From NCBI GenBank assembly GCA_965220085.1, contig CBDCOZ010000003.1:1344001-1408000 (forward strand): 64,000 bases of DNA. The letters are read 5' to 3'. The notes below the pieces were generated by a model. It was not told the DNA's origin. It saw only the letters and a program-made list of their open reading frames with translations, and did no database searches. This stretch comes from Candidatus Oxydemutatoraceae bacterium (GTDB taxonomy: Bacteria; Pseudomonadota; Gammaproteobacteria; Poriferisulfidales; Oxydemutatoraceae). Both the position numbers and the translations under genes were made by a program. Positions 27,601 to 39,600 of this stretch are shown piece after piece (within the stretch, counting starts at the first letter, position 1; each line of letters begins with the position of its first letter).

Positions 27601-30600
27601 CGGCATCGCGTATCGGCACGACCTCGCCGCGCCCGTAGGCATAGCGCAGGGTCAGCTTGCCGGTGTCAGAACCGCTGTCCGTGGCCGCGCCGCCGATCAG
27701 CGAGGCGGCGTAGCGCTTGGCATCGCCGCGGCTGCCGTCGACGCGACCGCTGGCATAGACGTGCCGCAACGTACTGTCGCCGCTTGAGAAGTCGCCGGAG
27801 CCGGCCAAGCCGCCGGCGAGGCGACTGCCGACGACGCTGCCGCTGGCATAACTCGCGCGGATCTGCGCTTGCGAGAACCTGCCGACCAGCGAGCCGCCGC
27901 CGGTCACGCTGCGCGTGACGACCGCCGACCAGCTGTTCTCCAGCATGCTGTCGGTCAGCGCGCCGATCAGACCGGCGACGGTCAGCGCGCCCGTCACCGA
28001 GCCGGTGATGCCGATGTTGCGGATTGTCGCGCCCTGCGTTTGATAGAACAGCGCCTGATATTCGTTGCCGGCGGCGGCGGAAAGATTATTGATCCAGAGG
28101 TTTTTGATCACACGGCCGTTGCCGTCAAAGATCGCCGCGTACGGGGCATCGGCGCCGCCGATTGGCGTCCAGCCGACGCCGCCCGTCCACAGGTCGTTGA
28201 CGGCGCCGGTGACATAACTCTGCGCATCGTCAAAGTCCAAGTCGCGCGTCAATTCGTAGCCGACGCAGCCGGCGGGACAGCCCATGCCGCTCACCGCCGC
28301 CGGGAACGCTTGGGCGTAACTCGGCGAACTCGCGTTCGCCGGCGCGCCGTCGCCGTCGAGGTCCCAGCGCATCGCGTTGAGTTGTTCCAGCGTCGCGATG
28401 TCTATCAGGCCGTCGTCATCGGCATCGTAGTCTTCCATCCCCGACCGGACGACGCTGCGGCTCGCCTCGCCGCCGTAGACGACCGCGGCGACGCGGTATT
28501 CGTAGATTGCATCCGCGCTCGCGCCGCTGTCGCGGTAGGTCGTCGCCGTCACGCCGCGGGCGACGACGGCCTCCCGCAAGTCGGGGCACACCGGTTTGCA
28601 ATTCCCTTCGCTGTCCTGCGCGCCGTTCGGGCACGGCGCGGCGCAGAGGCGCAACGCGACGGAATAGGCCTCGCCGGCGGCGCATGCGGTGGCGCCGTTG
28701 TTTGAGCATACGCTCTTGCCCGAGTGGACCCCGCTGGGGATGTGTCCGTGGTTGCCATATATGCCGCACGTCGCCGCCGCGGAGCGGCAACGACCGTTGC
28801 TGAGAATAATATCCCCGTTGTGACTTTCGCACCAGTCGCGGAATTCGAGATCGGCGGCATTGACGCAGGTCGTCGTTCCTTCTATCGCCGCTTGGCCTGG
28901 CGGGCAGGAATGCGGGGCCGGCGCGCAGACGCCGCCGATGGCGGTCTGTGTGCTGGCACAGGCGACACAGGCGCTGCCTTGCAAGACCTCGTTGTCGCCG
29001 CAGAGCATGGAGACGCATGAACCGTCGCTGATGTCTTCGGGCGTCGCGTCGGTTTCGAGCCAGCGGTAGATGTCGTAGGCGAGCGGCGGCGGGTCGTCCC
29101 AGTGCGATGTGACCGGCGCGTTCCAGCGCAATTCGCGCGCGCCGCCGCGACCGCTGACCGTCAGATCGCGCGGGCCTTCGCGCAGTTGATAGCCGAACTC
29201 TTGCCAGGTCGCGATGCTGTCGCCGTCAAAGTCGGCCTTGAGCGCCGGGTATTGCGAAGCGTCGCCGAAATCCCAGTCGTCGCTGGTGTCGTTGTCGTCC
29301 CAGTCGGCGTAGATGCCGCCATAGCCGGTCGGGGCTTGCAGTTCGGCGGTCGTCTTGCCGGCGACACCCGAGGCGGTTCCGGCGCCGGCGGCGTTGTCGC
29401 GGCCCGATGCGCCGGTATCCCAATAGAACGCGGTTCTTCCCAGCGCGTTGGCGTAGCGCCCGGCGTAACCGCCGCTGAGCGGCGCCGCCGGGTCGATGCG
29501 CGCGACGGAATAACCGTACTCGCTGCCGTCGTCCGCCGCATCGGAGCCGACCAGACCGCCGGCCCAGCGCTGCGATGCGCTGACGTAACCGGTCGCGTAG
29601 ACGCTGTCCAGAAACGTGACCACCAAGCCGAGTTTGCCGACGAGTCCGCCGACCGCTTCGCGCCCGCCGACATTGCCGGTCGCATAACTGCGGTAAAATG
29701 CGGCGCTGCCGGCGGCCGCTTCGCCGGCGAGCGCGCCGACATTGGCGGCGGCGCCGCCGATGCTGACCGCCGACCAGGCCTCGCTGATGAAGCCGCCGTT
29801 TGACACTTCTCCGACCAAGCCGCCGACCGCCTGCGCGGTGCTGGCGGCGACCGTGATGGCGCCGCTGATGCCGAGGCGGTACAGGCTCCTGTCGTTGTCT
29901 GTTACCCTGAGGCGACCGAACAGGCCCTGATGCGATGCGCCGCGGTTGATGCGGAGGTTGGCGATGACGCGACCGTTGCCGTTGAATTCGCCGCTGTAAC
30001 TCGCGTCGCCGCCGCCGATCGGCTGCCAGCCTTCGCCGCTGGTCCACGCCGCTTTGTTGGCGATATCGGCGTAGTCGGCATCGTCGGCAAAATCCAGATC
30101 GCGCATCAATTCGTAGCCTTTGCAAGCAACCGCGCAACCCATCGGATGCGCGGCGACGGCGGCGCCGGGGAAGGCCGCCATATAACTCGGCGTGCTCGCC
30201 TCCGCTATGCCGTCGCCGTTCAGGTCATAACGGATCGCGTGCAGTTGTTCCAGCGTCGCGATGTCTATCAAACCGTCGTTGTCGGTATCGTAATCGGTCA
30301 GCGATGCGGCGACCTCCGATATCGGGTAACCGCCCTCGACGACGGCATGCACTTGATAGGCATAGGTCCTGTTGGCAACGACAGCATTGTCGATATAGTC
30401 CGTTTTTGTCCGATTCGCCGCTATCTGCGCGCCATCGCGCCGGATATCATAGGTCACGGACGGGCGCGCGGCGGGCGGCCAGTGACTCAGGTCGGGCGCT
30501 GTCCAGACCAGCATGCGCGACGCGCCGCTGCCGCTAATCGTCAGGTTCAGGCTCTCGCGCAACTGCCAGCCGAACTCCTGCCAACTCGCGATGCCGTCGC

Positions 30601-33600
30601 CGTTGAAGTCTGTTTGCAACGCCGGGTATTGGTCGGCGTCGCCGAAATCCCAGTAGTCGCTTGTGCCGCCTTCGTTCCAGTCGGCGTAGATGCCGCCGTA
30701 GCCGGTCGGGGCTTGCAGTTCGGCGGTAGCATGACCGGCGGCGCCAGCGGAGGACCCGGCGCGCACGCCGCGGCGCACTGTCGAGGTCTCGGTATCCCAT
30801 AACAGCGCGGTCGCTGTCACGCGGTCGCCGACAGCGCCGATGACGCCGGCCAGAAGGTGTTTTCTCGCGCTCGCGGGGGATAGCATAGTCGTGGAATAGC
30901 CGTAGGCCAAGCGCGCGCCGCTCGCGGCGCCGATGAGGCCGCCAATATTCACAGGGAAGCTTTCGAGTGTTGTCATGAAATCGACAAAACCGGTCGCATA
31001 GCTGTGTTCGACGCGCACCGCCGCATCGGAGTCTATGGCGCCGATCAAACCGCCGCCGAATTCGTCGGCATACACTGCGCCGGTCGCGTAACTCCTGCGG
31101 ATCGTCGCGGCGCCCATCGCTTTGCCGATCAGGCCGCCGGCGTCCCTGAAACTGCGTATGTGCGCCGCCGACCAGGCATCGCTGACGACGCCGCCGTTCA
31201 TCGCGCCGATCAAACCGCCCGGCGTAGATGCCGCGCTCTGAACCGTGCCTATTCGCCCGGTCACGCCGACGGCGCGTATCGTCGCCCCGTCGGTGGCGCC
31301 GAACAGGCCTTGCGGGCGCGCGAGAGCAATTCCCGTGTAAAGGTTTCTGATGACGTAACCGTTGCCGTCAAAGACCGCCGCGTACGGGGCTTCGGCGCCG
31401 CCGCCAATCGATATCCAGCCCGTGTCGGCGGTGAACAGCGCCTTGTTCGTGAGCGTGCCGTCCAAGCGCACAGAGTCATGATGGTAGTAGCTGTCGTTGT
31501 CGTTGAAGTCCAGATCGCGCGTCAACTCGTAACCGATGCAGGTCTGATTCGGACAGCCCAGCCAGGGGGAAGCGAAATAGAAATCGTAATCCTCGCCGGC
31601 GTTGGCGCTGTCGGGCCTGCCGTCGCCGTCGGGGTCAAAGCGCAACATCGAGAGTTGCTCCAGGTTGCTGATCTCGATCAGGCCGTCGTCATCCAAATCA
31701 TAATCGGCGGCGCCGGAGAAAGGATAGGCGCGGGTCACTTCGCCGCCGGCCACCGCCGCCGCTATGCGGTAACCGTAACTGCGATACAGATTGGCATCGG
31801 TATCCGTATAAGACGATGCGGTCAGGCCCTGCGCGTCGTCGATCGCGCTGACCGTGGTGCCGCGGTAGAGGTTGTAGGTCAGCGTCGGCGGGTTGTCCCA
31901 GTGCGATGTGACCGGCGGTTTCCAACTCAGCGTGATGCCGTCGGTGTCGGAGACGACGGCGACATCGCGCGGGCCTTCGCGCAACTGGTAGCCGAATTCC
32001 TGCCAACTGACGACGCCGTCGTTGTTGAAATCGACCTTCAGCGCCGGGTATTGGCGGTTGCTGCCGAAGTCCCAGTAGTCGGTCGGGGCGCCGGCGGCAT
32101 CGTTGGCGTCCCAGTCGGCGTAGATGCCGTCGTAGCCGGTCGGGGTTTGCAGTTCGGCCGTGGACTTGCCGACAATGACGGCGGACGAACCGGAGACGGC
32201 GTGACCGACGCCTTTTGCCAGTTGGCTCGTATGGCTGTCCCAGTAAACGGCGGCGAAGGGATTGGCGGCGCGGTTTTCGCCGATGACGCCGCCGATCTCG
32301 GTCGCGTTGCGATTGACCAGGGCCGTGGAATAGGCATAGCGCAACGCGCCGACGGTATGAAAGGAGCCGACGAGACCGCCGCCGCGGCGCGCATCACCGC
32401 CCGCCGTCGGGTCGACAAAACCGGTCGCATAGACGTGCTCTATCGTCACGTTGCTGCCCAAGTCATCCGTGAAGCCGACCAGACCGCCGAGGAGTTGGTT
32501 GCCGCGCACCGTGCCGGTGGCGTAACTCGCGCGCACCGTGCCGTCTCCTATCTGACCGATCAACGAGGCGGCGTTCTGGGGAGCGCTTGCCGCGACCGAC
32601 GACCAGGCGTTCTCAACCAGCCCCGCGTTTGCCAAATGCGTCGCCAGACCGGCGACCTGACCGCTGCTGCTGCTGCCGGCGACCGCGCCGGTGATGCCGA
32701 CATTTCTGATCGCGCCGCCGCTGACATAGCCGAACAGACTGGGGCCCGAGTCGGTTCTGTCGATATAAAGGTTGGCTATCGTATGACCGTTGCCGTCAAA
32801 CGTCGCGGCGAAGGCGTTCGTTGTGTTGGCTCCGATTCGCGCCCAACCCTTCGTCGCCGCATCCGTGACCCTGCTCCACTTGGCATCGTCTGTGCCGTCG
32901 GCGTAGCTGCCGCGGTCGTCAAAATCCAGATCGCGCATCAACTCGTAGCCGGCGCAAGCGCTCGGGCAACCCATGCCGGCGGTCGCCGCGGGGAAGGCCG
33001 CGGCATAGGCCGCCGCGCCCGCGGGCGCATCCGCTGCGCCGCTGCCGTCCAAGTCCCAGCGTATCGCGTTCAGTTGCTCCAGCCAGTTGATGTCTATCAG
33101 GCCGTCGTCGTCGCTGTCGTAATCGACCGCGCCCGATGCCGCCGAACTGCGGTAGGCTTCGCCGCCGTCGAGCAACACCGCGACGCGGTAGGTGTATTCG
33201 GTGCCGGTGGTCGCGGTAGTGTCGGCATATGTCGTCGCGCTCAGGTCTCTGGCGATCACCAGGTTGGATGTGGTATGGCGGTAGACCGTGTAGGTGACGA
33301 CTGGCGGCGGCGACGACCAGTGCGAGACATCGGGCGCGCCCCAATGCAGCGCGCGCGAGGGACCGAGACCGCCGGCGACGCTGACCGCCCTCGGATAGTC
33401 GCGCAACTGGTAGCCGAATTCTTGCCACGTCGCGATGTTGTCGCCGTCAAAGTCGACCTTGAGCGCCGGATATTGCGAGGCGCTGCCGAAGTCCCAGTTG
33501 TCGGTCGCATTGCCGGCGGCGTCGGCGGCGTCCCAGGTTGAGTAGATGCCGGCGTAGTCAGTCGGCGCTTGCAATTCGGCCGCGGGCAAGCCGGCGGCGC

Positions 33601-36600
33601 CGGCGCGTCCGTCGTCGGCGACGATACCGGTGGTATCGGTATCCCAATACAAGGCGCTCAGGACGATGTCGCCCTCCGAGTTATGGACGATGGCGCCGTG
33701 GTCGCTGGCGCCGGTCGCATAGCCGTAAGCGATCGACACGCCATAATCCTGATAGTCGTTGATGTTGGCTATCAACGAGGCCGCATTGGGGCCGCTTACG
33801 GGACCGCTCGCATAGACGTGTTCGATGACGGCGGCGGCGCCGCTGATACTGCCGATCAAGCCGCCGCCGCCGCTTTGGTTGTCGGATATGTCGACGGCGC
33901 CGGTCGCATAACTGCGGCGAATGACCGCCTCTTGAATCGTGCCGTCGGTGTTCCTGATTTGGCCGATCAGACCGCCGACCGCATCGGCGCCTTCGACCGC
34001 CACCGCCGCATAGCTGTTCTCGATGCGGCTGTTTTCTTCCAGCACCGAGGCCAGACCGCCGATGATCCTGCCTGATTTTGCGACCGCGCCGGTGACGCCG
34101 ATGTTGGTCAGCGTGGCATCTCCGTCCAAGCCGCCAAACAGACCGCTGGCGTCGGCGCCGGCGGAGTAGAGGTTGCGCACCGTGCGACCGTTGCCGTGAA
34201 ATAGCAAGTCTTCGTTGTCCTCCTCGACCAGCAGTTGCCGCCAGCCTTTGCCGCTCGTCCACGTCGCTTTGTTGGCGGCGGGGTCGCGGTAACTGGCATC
34301 GTCGTCGAAGTCCAGATCGCGCATCAGTTCGTAGCCGCGACAGCCGCGCGGGCAACCGGCGCCGGCGGCCGGGTAGGCCGCGAGGTGCAACAGCCGGGCG
34401 GCTTCGTATATATCGAGCAGGCCGGCGTCGATGATGCCGTCGTAATTCTGGTCGGCGCGGGTGGCCGCGAGTTGTTCCAGGTTGCGGATCTCTATCAGGC
34501 CGTCGTCGTCGGTGTCGTAATCGATGCCCGATACCACGGCGCTGCGGTAGGCCTCGCCGCCGTCGAGCAACACCGCGACCAGATAGTTGCGGGCGCTGCC
34601 GGCGACCGCGGTATGGTCGGTATACGTCGTCGCGCTCAGGTCTTCGGCAACGACGCGGGTGGCGGTGGCGGCGCGGCGGTAGACGTTATACGTGACGACC
34701 GGCGGCGGCGACCAGTGCGAGACATCGGGCGCGCCCCAACTCAGCGCGCGCGAGGCGCCGACACCGGCGACGACGGCGACCGGCGCCGGGTAGTTACGCA
34801 GTTGATAGCCGAATTCTTGCCAAGTCGCGATGTTGTCGCCGTTGAAATCAACCTTCAGCGCCGGGTATTGTTGCGCGCTGCCGAAATCCCAGTAGTCGGT
34901 CGCGTTGCCGTCGGCATCGGCGGCATCCCAGTCGGCATAGAGACCTTTGTAGCCGATCGGCGCTTGCAGCTCGGCGGCGGTGTGGCCGCGCAGATGCTGG
35001 GTCGGGGCATCGCCGGCGTTGGCGGCGTTGTTGCGCGCAGTCGTCTGCCGGTCCCAGTAAGCGGCGGCGATGACGGGGTTTGTGTCAGTGCGCGAGTTGT
35101 AGCCGGCCAAACCGCCGCTGTTGACGTATTGCGCGACGTTGGCGGTCACGCGACCGGCAGCGTAGGCGTAGGCGATCGTGACGCCGCCTCTCATCTCGCC
35201 AATGAGACCGCCGGCGCGGGTCGGCGCTGTGACGCGTCCGCTGGCATAGGCGTGTTCGAGCGTCGCATCGTTATTTTCAAACAGGCCGATCAATCCGCCG
35301 GCAACCCGATCGTCGGCGCGCACCGCGGCGGTGGCATAACCGGCGACCACCCTGCCGTCGGACACTTTGCCGACCAGTCCGCCGACCGCTGCGCCGCCGT
35401 GTACGTCCGTCGCCGCATAGCTGTTCTCAAGCGTCGCGGCATCGACGACGCCCGCCAGAGCGCCGACCGCGCCGCCCTTGGAGGCTGCGACATTGTCGGC
35501 CAAAATGACGCGCACCGAACCGGTCACGCCGACATTGGCGATCGTCGCATCGAACACCGTGCCGAACAGGCCCATGTCGCCGTGACCGCGCAGGCCCTCG
35601 CGAGCGATGCGCAGGTTGGCTATCGCGCGACCGTTGCCGTGAAATGTCGCCCGATACGGATAGTTGGCATTGCCGAGCGGATCCCACATCCCGTCCGTCC
35701 AAGCGGCTTGGTTGGCGGTGTCGGCGTAGTCGGCGGCGGCGTCAAAGTCCAGGTCTTTGCTCAACTCGTAGCCGCGACAGGCGCGGTTCGGGCAGCCCAT
35801 GTCGCTGGCGCGGACGGGGAACGCCGTTTCGTAGTCGGCGGCGCGCGCGGGGAAGTCGATGCCGGCATCGTTCGGGTCGCCGTTGCCGTTGAGGTCTATG
35901 CCTATCGCCGCCAGTTGTTCCAGGTTGCGAATGTCTATCAGGCCGTCGTCGTCGCTGTCGTAGTCGACGCGGGTGATCATGACCGCGTTGCTGCGCGCCG
36001 CCTCGCCGCCGCCGGAAGCGACGAACGCCGCCACGCGGTATTCGTTGTCGCCGCCGGTCGAGCTCGCCGCGGTGTCGTGCGTCGTCGCGCTCAGCGCGGA
36101 GGCGGCGGGCGCCGCCTCATCGTTGAGCCAGACCCGATAGCGCAGTTGCGGCGGATTGTCCCAGTGCGAGGTATCCGGCGCCGTCCAACTGAGGATGCCG
36201 GCGCTCTCGGTCAGCTCGATGTCGTCGCGCAACTGGTAGCCGAATTCTTGCCAACTCACGTTGCCGTTGCCGTTAAAATCAACCTTCAGCGCCGGGTATT
36301 GCGAGGCGGCGCCGAAATCCCAGTGGTCGTTGTTGGCGGAACCGGGCATCCCCCAGGCGGCGTAGATGCCAAGATATTGGGTCTGCGTTTGCAAGGCGGC
36401 GGTCGTCTGACCGCCGATGTTGACGGAAGAGCCGACGCCGACCGCTTCGCTCTTGCCCGAAGTCACGGTGTCCCAATATGTGTGCTCGACGGCGCTGTCC
36501 GCCCTGTCGCCGCCGACGCCGCCGCTGTTCGTCGCCGCTTTGGCGATCAGGCCGGTCACGTAGGCATACCGCAGTTGCGCTTGCCCCATAAAGCCGATGA

Positions 36601-39600
36601 GACCGCCGGCGACGCCGCCGTCGCCGCTCGCGCGCGATGCGCTGACAAAGCCGGTGGCGTAGACGTGTTCTGCCGCGCTGTCGGCGTTGTCGGCAGCGGC
36701 GCCAATCAGGCCGCCGACTTGGGCGACGCCAGTCGCGGCGCCGTTGGCATAACTCCGCCGTATCGTGCCGGCGTTGTTAAACCCGACCAGCGAGCCGACC
36801 ATCTCGCCGCCCGATACCGTCGCCCCCGAGAAAGAGTTTTCTATCGTGGCGCCGTTCAGTTCGCCGGCGATGCCGCCGATGCGGTCGTTGTCGTCGCCGC
36901 CCGAGACCGAACCGCTGACGACGGCGAGGTTTGTAATGATGCCGGCGCTGCCGACGACGCCGAACAGACCTTGGCCGTCGTTGTTATCCGCCGCGCGGTT
37001 GATATGCAAGTTGCTAATCTTTTTGCCCTTGCCGTCGAAGGTCGTTGCGAACGGAGCCGCGCCGTCGCCTATCGGCGACCAGCCTTCGCCGCTCGTCCAT
37101 TCCGCATTGACCGCGCCCGAGCGGTAGTCGGCGGCGTCTTTAAAGTCCAGGTCTTGGCGCAATTCGTAGCCGACACAGGCGTTGTTTAAGCAACCCATGT
37201 GCGGCGCCGGATTGAAAAAACCCGACTCATACGCGCTCTGATCAGCCGCCGCGACGGCGCCGTCGCCGTTCAAGTCATAACGCATCGCGTTCAATTGATC
37301 CAGCGTTCTGATGTCTATCAGACCGTCGTCGTCGTCGTCGTAATCGGTCTCCGTCGCCTCCGCCGTCGGCGAGTGGCTGCGGCTCGCCTCGCCGCCATTG
37401 ACGATCGCCGCGACTTGATAGGCATATGTGGTCCCGGCGACCGCGCTGGCATCGACATGGGCGCGCAACGACAACTCCGCGGCGCCCGCCAAGGCCAAGC
37501 CGTCGCGATACACCGCGTAGCGCAATTCCGGCGGCGGGTCCCACGCCGATACGTCCGGCGCGTCCCAACTCAAACTGCGGTCGCTCGTTCCGCCGATGGC
37601 GAACGCCGGCGGCCCTTGCCGCAACTGATAACCGAACTCTTGCCAGGTCGCTTCGCCGTTGCCGTCAAAATCAACCTTCAGCGCCGGGTATTGCTCGCTC
37701 GTGCCGAAGTCCCAGTGGTCGTCGCCGCCGGCATCCCAGCTGGCGTAGATGCCGTCATAGCCGGTCGGCGTTTGCAACGCGGATGTCGTGTGGCCGGTCA
37801 CGCTGCTCAATGTGCCGCTGCCGATGCCGGCGCTCTTGCCCGAGGTCTGGGTGTCCCAATACGCCGCCGTCGCCATGGGGGAAGTTTCAACACGACCGCC
37901 GAAGCCGCCGCTGTCTGTCGCGCTCGGGTTAATCAGACCCGTCGCATAGCCGTAGCGCACCGTCACGTTGCCCAGATTGCCGATCAAACCGCCGCCGCGA
38001 TATCGGCTGCCGCCTCGCGTCGTGTCGATGTAGCCGGTCGCGTAGACATGCTCGACCGTGCCGCGCGTCTGGTGGTGGTTGTCGCGTCCGAGCGCGCCGC
38101 CGGCTTGCGAATTCGCGTAGACATTGCCGGTCGCATAACTGCGGCGGATTTTGGAGTCGTTGGAGGCGATGCCGACCAAAGAGCCGACATGCGCCCGGCC
38201 CGCCGCCGACACCGCCGACCAGCTGTTCTCCAGCGTGCTGTTTACATGCCGACCGACCAGTCCGCCGATATCATTGCCTATGCTGTCGTTGCCTGTGCCG
38301 CCGTCGATGGCGCCGGTCACGCCGATGTTGCGGATGGCGCCGCCGACGACGATGCCGAACAGACCCTGATACCGCCGCGCGCGATCGATGTACAGGTTGT
38401 AAATCACGCGGCCGTTGCCGTCAAAAGTCGCCGTGTAAGCGTTCGAATCGTCGCCATCTCTCACGCCCGGATCGCCGAGCGGCAACCAGCCTTCTTCGAC
38501 ATCGCTGTCGGCGGGGTTGTCTGTCCAAGGTTGGGCGAAGGGGTCGCCGCCGGCATAGCTCGCCGCATCGTTAAAGTCCAGATCGCGCGTCAGTTCGTAG
38601 CCTGCGCAACCGCCCGCCGGGCAACCCATGCCGGCGGAGGCATCCGGAAAGGCGTCGGCGTATTCGCTCGCATTGGCCAATGCCGGCTCGCCGTCGCCGT
38701 CCAAGTCCCAGCGGATGGCGTTGAGTTGCTCCAGATATTCGATTTCTATCAGGCCGTTGTCATCGGCGTCGTAATCGGCGGCGACCGCGACGACGCTGTG
38801 CAAGGCCTCGCCGCCATTGACGATCACGGTCAGGCGGTAGATGTCGCCGCCGTCGCTATCGACATAGGAGCAGGTCGTGACGCCGTTGGCGTCTGTGGTC
38901 TCGGCGATGGCGCCGCTCAGCTCCGTCGTGTCGCGATAGACTTTGTAGCCGACGGTCGGCGGGTTTGTCCACGCCGATAAGTCCGGCGCGCTCCAGTTCA
39001 AGGTTCTGGCGGAGCCGTTGCTGTTGACCGTCACATTGCGCGGGCCGTCGCGCAACTGGTAGCCGAATTCCTGCCAACTCGCGGCGCTGTTGGGGTCGTT
39101 GTCGAAATCTATCTTCAGGACGGGATATTGCGAGATGGCGCCGAAGTCCCAGTGGTCGGTCGTGTCGCCATCGTCCCAGTCGGCGTAGATGCCGTCGTAG
39201 CCGGTCGGCGCGCGCAGCTCGCCCGTCGTCCGCGCCGTGATGCCGCCGACGGTCGCGCCGCTGACCAAACCGATGGCGTTCGTTTTGCCCGATACCATGC
39301 GGTCCCAGTACGCCGCCGTCGCCGCGTAAGCGCTGTTGTCAAGATGCCCGCCCAGACCGCCGGCGGCTGTCGCGGCGGAATCTATCAGCGCCGCCGCATA
39401 GGCGTACTTCAATCGCGCTTGCCCCATGGAGCCGATGAGACCGCCGGCTGCGCTGCCGTCGCTGGCGATGCGCGATGCGGTGACAAAGCCGGTCGCGTAG
39501 ACGTGCTCCGCCGCGGTGTTCGCGGTGTTCGCGACGGCGCCGATGAGACCGCCGACTTCGTGACTGCCGCCGACCGCGCCGGTGGCATAACTTCTGATAA

